Part shown: positions 43,408-56,453 of the stretch, piece by piece
Layout: each line of letters starts with the position of its first letter
Position numbering within the stretch: position 1 is the stretch's first letter
Source: an uncultured Planctomycetota bacterium
GTDB taxonomy: Bacteria > Planctomycetota > Planctomycetia > Isosphaerales > Isosphaeraceae
DNA length: 64,000 nucleotides
Assembly: GCA_963737655.1 (NCBI GenBank)
Contig: CAVTTN010000002.1
Span: forward strand, 2,976,001-3,040,000
Direction: 5' to 3'
Made by a program: the position numbers and the translations under genes
Notes under the pieces: generated by a model
Databases searched by the model: none
What the model saw: the letters and a program-made list of their open reading frames with translations, nothing else
What the model was told of the DNA's origin: nothing

Positions 43408-46400
43408 ATGCATCGACGATGCCTCGCCGGGATGGTCTGCGGCGTCCTCCTGCTCGCCGGTCCCGCCGTCGTGCGCTCGGGGCCCGTCGAGGACGGAGAC
43501 GCGAAGGAGAAGGCCGCCGCGGCCGGGCCGTTCGGCCTCACCAGGGTCGTCGGCGTTCACGTCGAGATGTCGGCCGACGAGTACCAGGCCATGCAGCCCC
43601 CGGCCCCGGCCGCCGGCTTCGGCGCCCCCCTCCCCCCGCGAAGCCGAAGCAGCCCGGCGAGAGGGCGAGCGAGCGGAACCTTTTCGGCATCGAGTTCCCG
43701 TGGGCGACCGGGACTTTGACAGCCGACGGCCGGACGAGCCGGGGCGTGGGCCTCCGCTACTCGGGGAACGCGTCGTACATGGCGTCCGCCGGGGGGCTGA
43801 AACGCTCCCTCCTGATCGACCTGGACCGATCCGACCACGGGGACGGTCTCGGCTTGCACGGCCTGATCCTTCAAAGCGGGGCGCTCGACCCGACCAGGGC
43901 GCGCGAGGCCCTGGCCTTCGCCCTCTTCCGCGAAGCCGGAGTGCCCGCGCCCCGGACCGCCTTCGCCGAGGTCACCCTGTCCGTCCCGGGCAAGTACGAC
44001 CGGGCCTTGCTCGGCCTCTATACCCTGGTCGAACCCGTGGACCTCGCCTTCCTGAAGGGCCGATTCCACGCCGATACGGGCCTGCTCGTCCGGCCCCAGG
44101 GTCTGCGGGGGCTCGACTTCCTCGGCGACGACTGGGAGAAGTACCGAGGGCCGTATCGCCCCTTATCCGAGCCCTCGCCCGACCAGGCGAAGCGGCTGAT
44201 CGAGTTCCTCCGCCTCGTCCAGCAGGCCGATGACGAGCGATTCCGCAAGGAGATCGGCTCCTATCTGGACATCGACGAATTCCTGAAATTCATGACCGTA
44301 CAGGCGATGCTCGCCAACGCCGACGGCTTCTTCACGCTCGGCTACAACTACTCGATCTATCTCGACCCGACCACGAATCGCTTCGTGTTCATCCCGGGCG
44401 ATCAGGAACTCTCGTTCGCGAACTTCGCGATGATGGGCTCCGCCGATCAGCTCATGGACATGAGCCTTGCCCATCCCTACGCGGGCCAGAACCGGCTGGC
44501 CGATCGCCTGCTCGCCATCCCCGAGGTCCAGGAAACGCGGGAGAAGATCGCCCGGGACCTCGCCTCGACCGTCTTCCGCAAGGAGCGCCTGACGGCCGAC
44601 GTGGCGGCGATCGAGGCCGCGACGAAGGCCATCGTGGAACGCGAGGCCGGGGCGAAGGCGGCCAGGGCCGAGCCTCCGGTCGGGTTCGGGGCCCCGGGAG
44701 GGCCGGCGGCGCCCGACCTTCGCACCTTCGCCGAGCGGCGGACCGCCTCGATCGCCGATCAGCTCGCGGGCAAGAAGGACGGCTACCGCCCCCAGTTCAA
44801 TTTCGGCCCGCCGGGAGGCAACGCCCCGCCGAAGCCGATCGACGACAAGACGATCGGCGAGGTCGTGAAGGCCCCGCCCGGGTTCCGCGTCAACCTCTTC
44901 GCGGCCCCGCCGAAGGTGAATTATCCGGTCACGCTCGCGGTCGCTCCCGACGGGGCGGTTTACGTCGCCGTGGATGAGCAAGGCTCGCTCGGCCGGACGC
45001 CCGGAGGCGGCCGGGTCATGCGATGCGTGGACGACGATGCCGACGGCAAGGCCGATCGCATCACCACCTTCGCCAGGATGGAGCACCCGCGAGGCGTGGT
45101 CGCCCAGGACGGCAAGGTCTGGGTCCTGCACCCGCCCTTCCTGAGCGTCTTCCGCGACGACGACGGCGACGGGGTCTCCGATCAACAGGACCGCCTCGTT
45201 ACCGGCCTGACCACCAGCCAGATCGACGAGCGGGGCGGCGATCACACGAGCAACGGCATTCGCATGGGGATCGATGGCTGGATCTACATCGCCGTGGGCG
45301 ATTACGGGTTCCTCGGCGCGAAGGGCAAGGATGGGACGACGCTCTCTCAACGAGGCGGCGGCATCCTCCGGGTGAGGCCCGACGGCACCGAGCTGGAGGT
45401 CGTCGCCACCGGCCTGCGCAACCCGTTCGCCGTCGCGATCGATCCGTTCCTGAACCTCTTCACCCGAGACAACACCAACGACGGGGCCGGCTGGGACGTC
45501 CGGGTGAGCCACCTGTTCCCGTCTGCCGAATACGGCTACACCCGGACGTTCGCCAACTTCCCCGACGAGACCATGCCCGCCCTGGGCACGTATGGGCAAG
45601 GCGGAGGCACCGGGGCGCTCGCGTTGAACGACGGCCGATGGCCCGAGGCGTATCGCGGGGCGCTCCTCACGGGCGACTGGGGCCGGAGCGAGGTCTATCG
45701 ACACGCCCTCAAGCCTTCGGCCGCGTCGTTCCGCACCTCCCAGGAAGTCATGCTGGCCATCCCCCGGCCGACCGGGATGGACGTCGGCCCCGACGGTCGG
45801 CTGTATGTCGCGAGCTGGCGAGGCGGCGAGGCCAGCGTCTTCGTCGGCCCGCAGGTCGGCTTCGTGGCGAGCATCACCCCGCCGGGCCTGGAGGTCGCGA
45901 AGGTCACGGACCCTCGCGAGGCCGACTTTTCGAAATTAATTGCGGGCTTGACCGCCGGGGACGCGGCGACCTGCTTCGGTTGCCAGCGCGAGATCATCCG
46001 ACGAGGCCGGTCGCCCGAGACGACCCGGGCGCTCGCCGATCTCGCCTCCGACCCCGCGAAACCGCTGTCGGCGAGGGTCGCAGCCCTGTTCGCGATCAAG
46101 CAGATCGACGGCGCGGATTCGCATGCGATCTTGACGAAGCTCGCGGCGGTCCCAGCCGTCCGCGAGTTCGCGATTCGCGCCCTGGCCGACCGCAAGGGCG
46201 AGATCGATCGGACCGATGCGCGGGTGTTCGTCGAGGCACTGACGGACGCCCCTCCCCGGGTCCAGGCGCAGGCCCTGATCGCCCTCGGGCGGCTGGGAGA
46301 CGCCTCCTCGGCCGAGAACATCCTACCGCTGACCGCCCGGCCCGAGGGGCGCCCATGCCGACGACCCGGCCGATCCACTTCCAGCCCGATCCCGACCGCG

Positions 46401-47362
46401 TGGTGCCTCACCTGGCCGTCCGAACCCTGATCTCGCTCCGGGCCGTGGATGCGTGCCTGGCGGCGATCGACGGCCCGTACCGCGACGGCGCGCTCCACGC
46501 CCTGCGATGGATGCACGAGCCCAGGGTCGTCGAAGGGCTGATTCAGAAGCTCGCCTCGGCGCGCTCTCCCGAAGTTCGCCGCGATCTCCTCGCGACCCTG
46601 GCGAGGCTCCAGCAGCGCGAGGCGGAGTACGACGGGAGCTGGTGGGGAATCCGGCCCGACTCGACCGGCCCCTATTACGACCCGACCGACTGGGAATGCA
46701 GTGCCCGGATCGCCTCGGTCCTCAAGGCCGCCCTGCTCGACGCGGACGCCGAAACCGCGGCCTGGCTTCGGAAGGAGCTCGTCAAGAATCGAGTCCGCAT
46801 CGGGGGGATGACGGCCGAGTCCCTGGCGGGAAACGCCCGGCCGGAGGACGCCCTCCTCGTCACGATCGCCAGGGTCGATCCGAAGAACCCGGACCAGATC
46901 GGCAACATGCCGTTCGAGGTTGCCTCCAGCCGGGCCCTCCAGGCGAAGGGGGATGCCGGTCGCGGCAAGGCCCTCTTCGCCTCGCAATCCTGCCGGGCCT
47001 GCCACACCGACGCCGACGGCCAGACGCCCAAGGGGCCTCACCTGGTCGATATCGGCAAGCGTTATCCGCCCGCCGAGCTCGTGGAATCGATCCTCAAGCC
47101 GAGCGCCAAGATCGCCCAGGGCTATGAAGCGTACAGCTTCGCGATGGCCGACGGACGAGTCGTCTCGGGCTTCGTCGTCCGCGAAGGCGCGGCGGTCGTC
47201 CAGGTCCGCGAATCGTCGGGCGCCCTCCGCGAGCTCAAGAAATCCGAGATCGAGGAACGCAAGAGGCAGGAGCCGTCGGCGATGCCCGAGGGGATCGCCT
47301 CGGCGATGACCCCGGAGCAACTCGCGGACCTCATCGCCTACCTCCGTTCCCTGACCCAGTGA
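43408..47362 (+). CDS. Secreted fusion: CotH-like kinase domain + PVC-type sugar-dehydrogenase-like propeller + HEAT-like repeats + cytochrome c (~1,320 aa); frameshifts near 43630 and 46350
   Basis: Signal peptide; GVGLRYSGN..KRSL..REALAF.LFR.AGVPAPRT..YTLVEPVD..YNY.IY; DHTSNGIRMGIDGWIYIAVGD, GLRNPF, DNTNDG; CRACH..GP.L.DIG..ESILKPSAKI..SAMPEG. Confidence 0.85.
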
Positions 47363-47397
47363 GCCTCCCGGGTGCCCCGAGGAAAGGACGCATCGTC

Positions 47398-50103
47398 ATG
47401 GCCGGATTCTCGGCTCGCCTGGCCCTGGTGCTCGGTCTGCTCGTGGCGGGCCGGGCCTCCGCCCAGGCCCAGCGATTTCCCGCCTTCGACCCGGAGCGGA
47501 TCTTCGTCCTGGGCGACGCCGACCTCGACGGCCGTCTGTCCCTCGACGAATACCGGGACTTCCTCCGGTCGTCTCCTCGGATGAAAGACGCGGGCGCGAC
47601 GATCGAACCCATGTTCCGCCGTCTCGACGTGGATGGCGACGGGTTCCTCTCGCTCGCGGAATATCGCAAGTCCTTCCCCGCCAGGCCCGGAGTCGCTCCC
47701 GCCCAACCTGGGACGCCGAACGAGAAGCCGGCGGGGCCCATCGAGGCGGAGGCCCCGATCACCCCCGAGCAGGAGGCATTCTTCGAGGCGAAGATCCGAC
47801 CGATCCTTGCGACGAATTGCGGCAAGTGCCACGCGAGTACGGCCGAGAAGCTCCGGGGCGGCCTCCGGCTCGACAGCCGCGAAGGCGCCCGACTCGGAGG
47901 CGATTCCGGCCCGGCGATCGTGCCCGGCAATCTCGACGAGAGCCTCCTAATTCGCGCGATCCGCTACCGGGACGACGACCTTCGGATGCCCCCGAAGGCG
48001 AAGCTGACCGACTCGGTGATCGCCGACTTCGAGGCGTGGGTCAAAATGGGCGCGCCGGACCCTCGGAATGGGCCGGCGGGCGGCGCGGCTCGGCCGTCGG
48101 TCGATCTCGTGAAGGGGCGGGAGTTCTGGTCGTTCCGCCCGCCGAAGAAGTCGGCCCCTCCGGCCGTGAAGAGGCAGGATTGGCCCCGCGATGAGCTCGA
48201 CCGTTTCCTCCTCGCTGCTCTCGAATCTCGGGGGCTCTCGCCGGTCGGCGACGCCGCACGGCCCCGACTGCTCCGCCGGGTCACGTTCGACCTGATCGGG
48301 CTGCCGCCGTCGCCCGAGGAGTTCGACGCCTTCGTCGGCGACGCCTCGCCGGACGCCCTGGCGAAGGTCGTCGATCGCCTGCTCGCGTCGCCCCGGTTCG
48401 GCGAACGGTGGGGCCGACACTGGCTGGACGTGGCCCGGTTCGCCGAATCGAGCGGCAAGACCAACTTCGCCTATTCCCACGCCTGGCGATATCGCGACTG
48501 GGCCATCGCCTCGTTCAACGCCGACAAGCCGTACGACCAGTTCGTCCGCGAGCAAATCGCCGGGGATCTGCTCCCGGCCTCGGACGACCGCAAGAGGGCC
48601 GATCAGCTCATCGCCACCGGGTTCCTCGCCCTGGGGAGCAAGGCCCACGACGCCGAGAATCGCGGGCAGTTCATCCTGGACGTGATCGACGAGCAGATCG
48701 AGGCGACGACGCGCGCCTTCCTCGGCCTGACCGTCGCGTGCGCCCGCTGCCACGACCACAAGATGGACCCGATCCCCCAGCGCGATTATTACGCGCTGTC
48801 GGGCGTGTTCCGCAGCTCTCAGACCTGCTCGGGCACGCTTGCGGGCGTCTTCCCGAACTTCAACGCATCGCCCCTGATCGAGCTTCCCGACGGGGCGGGC
48901 GTCCCGTCGGCGACGCCCTCGCTGCCGGCCGAACAACGGGCCGCGATGGAGGAACGGCTCACGGCCCTGGTCCTGGAGCGCGACTCGATCCCTCCGGGCG
49001 AGGCGAATCGAGACCGGCTCCGCCGCGCCAACTCGATGCTTTCGACGCTCCGCTATCGCCTGAAGATCGACCGGCGGGGCGGCTCGCCCCGGGCCTTCGC
49101 GATGGGGGTCCGCGAGCGAGACGAGGCCGTCGATAGCCCCCTGTATGCGAGGGGCGAGCTGGACCAGCCCGGCGAGACCGTCCCTCGCGGGTTCGTCCGC
49201 GTCCTCTGCGAGGAATCGTCCGCGAACATCGCCTCGGGGAGCGGCCGTCGCGAGCTGGCCGAGTGGCTGACGGCCCCCTCCAACCCGCTGACGGCCCGGG
49301 TGATGGTCAATCGCGTCTGGCTGCACCTGTTCGGTCGAGGGCTCGTCCCGACGCCCGACAACTTCGGCGCCGCCGGCCAGAGGCCGAGCCATCCCGAGCT
49401 CCTCGACTCCCTGGCCGTCGATTTCATGGCGGACGGCTGGTCGATCAAGCGCCTGATTCGCCGGATCGTGCTGAGCCGGGCCTATGGGTTGGATTCCACG
49501 CACGATCCGGGCCACTTCGAGGCCGACCCCGACGACGCGCTGGTCTGGCGGATGAGCAAGAGGCGGCTGGAGGGCGAGGCGATCCGGGATGCCCTGCTGT
49601 TCGTGGGAGGCCGGCTCGCGACCGAGCCCCCGGTCGGTTCGGCGGTGGCGCGAACGGGAGAGGGCCTGGCCTTCTTCGTCCGCGTGGCCGGCCTGGATGC
49701 CTCCGACACGCATCGATCGGTCTATCTGCCGGTGGTTCGGGACCAGGTGCTCGAATCGCTGGCGCTGTTCGACTTCGCCGACCCGAGCCTCGTGACGGGC
49801 GAACGGGCGGCGACGACCGGCCCGGCCCAGGCGCTGTTCTTCCTGAACGGGCCGTTGGTGATCCGCCAGTCCGAGGCCCTCGCCGATCGGCTCCTCGCCG
49901 CGGAACGGGACGACGTCCGCCGGATTGACCTGGCCTATCGGCTCGCCCTGGCCCGCCCGGCCACGGCCTCGGAACGGGACCGCGCCCTCGGCTTCCTTCG
50001 TGCCGCCTCCGCCCGGGCGAAGGCGGCCGACCCGGCCCGTGAGGCCTGGTCGCTGTTCTGCCAGGCGATCTTCGCCGGCGCCGAGTTCCGATACCTCGAC
50101 TGA
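47398..50103 (+). CDS. PSD1 (DUF1553) / DUF1549 / planctomycete cytochrome c protein with N-terminal EF-hand pair
   Basis: DADLDGRLSLDE, DVDGDGFLSLAE; FFEAKIRPILATNCGKCH; GERWGRHWLDVARFAES; CARCHDHK; NPLTARVMVNRVW; PSHPELLD; QALFFLN. Confidence 0.93.
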   Translation: MAGFSARLALVLGLLVAGRASAQAQRFPAFDPERIFVLGDADLDGRLSLDEYRDFLRSSPRMKDAGATIEPMFRRLDVDGDGFLSLAEYRKSFPARPGVAPAQPGTPNEKPAGPIEAEAPITPEQEAFFEAKIRPILATNCGKCHASTAEKLRGGLRLDSREGARLGGDSGPAIVPGNLDESLLIRAIRYRDDDLRMPPKAKLTDSVIADFEAWVKMGAPDPRNGPAGGAARPSVDLVKGREFWSFRPPKKSAPPAVKRQDWPRDELDRFLLAALESRGLSPVGDAARPRLLRRVTFDLIGLPPSPEEFDAFVGDASPDALAKVVDRLLASPRFGERWGRHWLDVARFAESSGKTNFAYSHAWRYRDWAIASFNADKPYDQFVREQIAGDLLPASDDRKRADQLIATGFLALGSKAHDAENRGQFILDVIDEQIEATTRAFLGLTVACARCHDHKMDPIPQRDYYALSGVFRSSQTCSGTLAGVFPNFNASPLIELPDGAGVPSATPSLPAEQRAAMEERLTALVLERDSIPPGEANRDRLRRANSMLSTLRYRLKIDRRGGSPRAFAMGVRERDEAVDSPLYARGELDQPGETVPRGFVRVLCEESSANIASGSGRRELAEWLTAPSNPLTARVMVNRVWLHLFGRGLVPTPDNFGAAGQRPSHPELLDSLAVDFMADGWSIKRLIRRIVLSRAYGLDSTHDPGHFEADPDDALVWRMSKRRLEGEAIRDALLFVGGRLATEPPVGSAVARTGEGLAFFVRVAGLDASDTHRSVYLPVVRDQVLESLALFDFADPSLVTGERAATTGPAQALFFLNGPLVIRQSEALADRLLAAERDDVRRIDLAYRLALARPATASERDRALGFLRAASARAKAADPAREAWSLFCQAIFAGAEFRYLD

Positions 50104-50141
50104 TCGATCGCGGGCCGCCCCCGGGCGAGAGGATCACTCCG

Positions 50142-51527
<1,386 letters not shown>

Positions 51528-51625
51528 CGGATCTTCCACGAGCGATCGGGGCGGGCGATTGACGCTCGGTTCGTGTACGATCCATCCTCCCTGACCCACT
51601 GATCCCGGGACCGAGGGCCTCTCCC

Positions 51626-53080
<1,455 letters not shown>

Positions 53081-53099
53081 TCCAGGGAGAGGGCCCGCG

Positions 53100-54296
53100 A
53101 TGATTGGCCTCGATCGCCGCCGCCGGGCGGGCCTCCTGGCCCCGGCCCTCGTCGTCCTGACCATGGCCGGGGCCCGGAGCGAGGAGGGCCGCTGGGTCGG
53201 CACCTGGACGGCGGCCCCTCAGTTGACCGAGCCCGCCAACCTGCCCCCCGATCCCGGGCTCGCCGATTCCACCCTCCGCCAGGTCGTCCGCGTCTCCCTG
53301 GGGGGCAAGCGGCTCCGCGTCCGATTCTCCAATGCTTTCGGCACCAAGCCGTTGACGATCCTCTCGGCCCTGGCGTCCAGGTCCGCCGGAAGCGGCGCGA
53401 TCGTTCCGGACGGCGGCAAGCCCCTGACGTTCGCCGGGAAGGCCGCGGTCACCATCCCGATCGGGGCGCCGACGGTCTCCGACCCGATCGACTTCGACCT
53501 CGCCCCCCTCTCCGACCTCGTGGTCACGATCCGGGTCCAGGACCCGACCCGGACGATCACCGGACACCCCGGGGCCCGGTGCACGTCCTATCTGGTTCGC
53601 GGAGACCGGGTCACCGATCCCACCATGCCCGACGCGGCCCGGACCCCGCACTGGTACTACCTCTCCGGCGTCGATGTGGAAGCCGGGGACGCCTCCGCCG
53701 TGGTCGTGATCGGAGACTCGCTCACCGACGGTCGGGGCTCGCCGACCGACGGCAACGGCCGATGGACGGACCACCTCGCTCGTCGTCTCCACGACCGCGG
53801 AGGGGCCGGCGTCGGGGTCTTGAACCAGGGTCTGGGCGGCAATCGGGTGTTGAATGACGGCCTCGGGCCCAACGTTTTGGCGAGGCTGGACCGCGACGTC
53901 CTGGCCCAGCCCGGGGTCCGCTGGCTGATCGTCCTGGAGGGGATCAACGATCTTGGCACTCGCTCGGCGACCGCACGCGACCTGATCGCCGCCTATGATC
54001 AGATCCTCGTGCGATCGCACGACCGGGGCATCCGGGTGTACGGGGCGACGATCCCACCGTGCGAGGGTTCGTCCTACTTCTCGCCCGAGCTGGAGGCGGC
54101 CCGCCGGGAGGTCAACGCCTGGATTCGCGACTCCGGCCGCTTCGACGCCGTGATCGACTTCGACGCCGCGACCCGCGATCCCCGCAAGCCCGCGAGCCTC
54201 TCGCCCCAGGCGGACGGCGGCGACCACCTGCACCCGGGCCCGGAAGGTTACAGGATCATGGCGGAATCCGTCGATCTCAGGCTCTTCGAAAAGTGA
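53100..54296 (+). CDS. Secreted SGNH/GDSL hydrolase
   Basis: WVGTW, TLRQVVR.SLGG.RLRVRFSNAFG, GDSLTDG, NQGLGGN, EGIND, DHLHP. Confidence 0.92.
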   Translation: MIGLDRRRRAGLLAPALVVLTMAGARSEEGRWVGTWTAAPQLTEPANLPPDPGLADSTLRQVVRVSLGGKRLRVRFSNAFGTKPLTILSALASRSAGSGAIVPDGGKPLTFAGKAAVTIPIGAPTVSDPIDFDLAPLSDLVVTIRVQDPTRTITGHPGARCTSYLVRGDRVTDPTMPDAARTPHWYYLSGVDVEAGDASAVVVIGDSLTDGRGSPTDGNGRWTDHLARRLHDRGGAGVGVLNQGLGGNRVLNDGLGPNVLARLDRDVLAQPGVRWLIVLEGINDLGTRSATARDLIAAYDQILVRSHDRGIRVYGATIPPCEGSSYFSPELEAARREVNAWIRDSGRFDAVIDFDAATRDPRKPASLSPQADGGDHLHPGPEGYRIMAESVDLRLFEK

Positions 54297-54319
54297 TCCG
54301 GAAGCGTCGGTTGAGGGGT

Positions 54320-55309
54320 TCAGGGTCCGTGGGGATCGCGCCCGGACGTGCATTCGATCAGGAGTTCGCGGAAGCGCTCGCCGGACGGCGAAAGGTCTCG
54401 CCCCTCCCGGCCGATGGCCCGTCGGCAGATTAAATGGAGCCGGATCGGCCGAAATTGCTCGGCCCGGAGCGGACGGGACCACAGGCCGGGTCCGAACCGC
54501 TCGCCGGCCGATCTCGGGACGACCCCGACCCCCAGCCCCTCGGCCACGAACGCCAGGATGGCCGACCAGCCGCCCACCTCGATCGCGATCTTCAGCCCAT
54601 CGGTCACCCCGGCCGCGTCCAGGTCGCGGTCAATCTGCCCCCGGACGGCGGAATCCGGCTCGGGGAGGACCAGGGGGATAGTCCGGAGGGCCTCGGCCGG
54701 CACGGGCCCTTCGGGGAGGGCGCGAAGCGCGTCAGCCCAGTCTTCACCCGCTTTGAGGCTGGCGACGAGGACGAGCGGATCATCGCGGAGATGATCGACG
54801 TGCAAGGATCGGCGGGCGATGGCGCGAATCTCGGCCTCGTCGTGGGTCACGGTGGCCAGGTCGAGCAGCCCGCTGGCCACCCCCTCGATCCGTGATCGCC
54901 CCCTCGTCGTGGAAATCCTCGCCTGGACCTCCGGCTTCTCGCGACGGAGGCGTCGCAGGGCCTCCAGGGCGTAGGTCGCCGCGCCCTCCTGACCGCAGGC
55001 GAACGCGAACTCGGCCTCGCCGCGAGTCCCAGCGGAGAATCGCCCCAGGGCCCGGTAGCGCCGAACCAGCTCGTGGACCGAGGGGAACATCCGCCGCCCC
55101 TCCTCGGTCATCCCCCACGTCTTGCCGTCTCGTTCCAGCCAGGGCGAAGCCACGGACGGACCCGGCCCCTGCAACTGCGACATCCTCTTGGACATGCTCG
55201 GCTGATTGATCCCCAGCCGAGCCGCCGCCTTCGAGGCGTCCCCGCCCTCCTCGATCAGCGTGACGAACGTTTCCAGCAGCTCGAAGCTCAGACTCGGCGA
55301 TCGTGGCAT
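54320..55309 (-). CDS. LysR-family transcriptional regulator
   Basis: LLETFVTL..SKAAARLGINQPSMSKRMSQL HTH..MTEEG; C-terminal DLATV, IEVGGWSAILAFVAEGLGVGVVP. Confidence 0.9.
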   Translation of the reverse strand: MPRSPSLSFELLETFVTLIEEGGDASKAAARLGINQPSMSKRMSQLQGPGPSVASPWLERDGKTWGMTEEGRRMFPSVHELVRRYRALGRFSAGTRGEAEFAFACGQEGAATYALEALRRLRREKPEVQARISTTRGRSRIEGVASGLLDLATVTHDEAEIRAIARRSLHVDHLRDDPLVLVASLKAGEDWADALRALPEGPVPAEALRTIPLVLPEPDSAVRGQIDRDLDAAGVTDGLKIAIEVGGWSAILAFVAEGLGVGVVPRSAGERFGPGLWSRPLRAEQFRPIRLHLICRRAIGREGRDLSPSGERFRELLIECTSGRDPHGP

Positions 55310-55462
55310 GGCGTTAAGCCCCCCGCCATCCGCGGAATTCATTCTTTTTTTTCCAATATCTGGCCGTTCATCGCGTATAGCTTAAGGAGTAGAGAGGGAT
55401 CAGGCAAGGGTGAGGCCCGGAGCCATCGCCCGACTGGCCCGTTCCTGGGGAGGGTTCCTGAG
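55310..55462. promoter_or_regulatory. Divergent promoter region between LysR and the Nudix-TIR operon
   Basis: AT-rich tract aattcattcttttttttccaatat in GC-rich DNA between divergent starts. T-N11-A spacings are present but not diagnostic. Confidence 0.4.
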
Positions 55463-55945
55463 ATGACGATGCCCACGTTCCCCGAAGTCCGCGTGGCGGC
55501 GGTGGCGATCACCCGAGGCGACGAGTTCCTGACGACCTTCAACGGCCGGTGGGGCGGGTTCACCTTGCCGATGAGCAAGAGGCGGACCTGGAGCGACCCG
55601 CAGGTGCCGGGGTCGGAGCGGCACGAGGAAGCCGGCGACGCCGCCATCCGCGCCTCGGCCGAGGCCCTGGGCCGGCCCCTCGGGCCCGACGACCGGCTGG
55701 AGAGGCTGGAACTGATGGAGCTCGAACCGTACCACCAGTCCAACCGCGACGGGGCCTGGAAGAGCTACCGCTTCGAGGTCTTCCGGCTCCGGTTGGCGGC
55801 CGATACCCGGCCCTCGGTCGCGCCCGGGGCGATCTTCGCCTGGCTGTCGCTCGACGCGATGAGGGAGTCTCGGCCGGTCTCGCCCACGGCGATCCGGCTC
55901 GCCGAGGCGATCCGAGGGGCCGCGGTGCTCCGGGGCGAGGTCTGA
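55463..55945 (+). CDS. Nudix-fold protein with degenerate Nudix box
   Basis: VAAVAITRGDEFL..WGGFTLPMSK..EEAGDAAIRASAEALG..WLSLD..VSPT. Same layout as the next gene but lacks the G and REUxEE acidic residues. Confidence 0.6.
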   Translation: MTMPTFPEVRVAAVAITRGDEFLTTFNGRWGGFTLPMSKRRTWSDPQVPGSERHEEAGDAAIRASAEALGRPLGPDDRLERLELMELEPYHQSNRDGAWKSYRFEVFRLRLAADTRPSVAPGAIFAWLSLDAMRESRPVSPTAIRLAEAIRGAAVLRGEV

Positions 55946-55984
55946 GCGTCGAATCCACCTCTCCGGGACATCGGGTGACACGTC

Positions 55985-56437
55985 ATGAGAACGTCCGAAG
56001 CCGCCCTGGCCGCGATCCGAAACCGGCCGGGCGGCGAAACCTTGTGGCTGGCCCGCTGGAACGAGGCGTGGGGCGCGTTCCACTTCGTCGGCGGCCACCG
56101 CCTCGACGGCGAATCGTTCCGCGACTGCCTGACCCGCGAGCTGTTCGAGGAACTCGGGCTGAGCGAGGGGGCCGATTTCACGGTCGGGACCGCGCCGCCG
56201 GTTCGGTTCGATTACGTCGGCTGGTCGCGCCGGGCCCAGGCCGAGACCCGCTATCGGATCGAGATGTTCCCCGTCGATCTCCGCGAGCCCGACGGCCGGG
56301 CGATCGCGAGTCGGACGATGACTCGCTGGCTCGATCGTGAGACAATGGACCGAGGCCGATGCGTCGATGGCCTGCCCGTCAGCCCGACGATGGGACTCCT
56401 GATCGCCAAGGCCAAATGGACCGAGACGGCCCCCTGA
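55985..56437 (+). CDS. Nudix hydrolase
   Basis: GGHRLDGESFRDCLTRELFEELG matches GX5EX7REUXEEXG. Confidence 0.85.
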   Translation: MRTSEAALAAIRNRPGGETLWLARWNEAWGAFHFVGGHRLDGESFRDCLTRELFEELGLSEGADFTVGTAPPVRFDYVGWSRRAQAETRYRIEMFPVDLREPDGRAIASRTMTRWLDRETMDRGRCVDGLPVSPTMGLLIAKAKWTETAP

Positions 56438-56453
56438 CGAGGAGCCCGCGACG

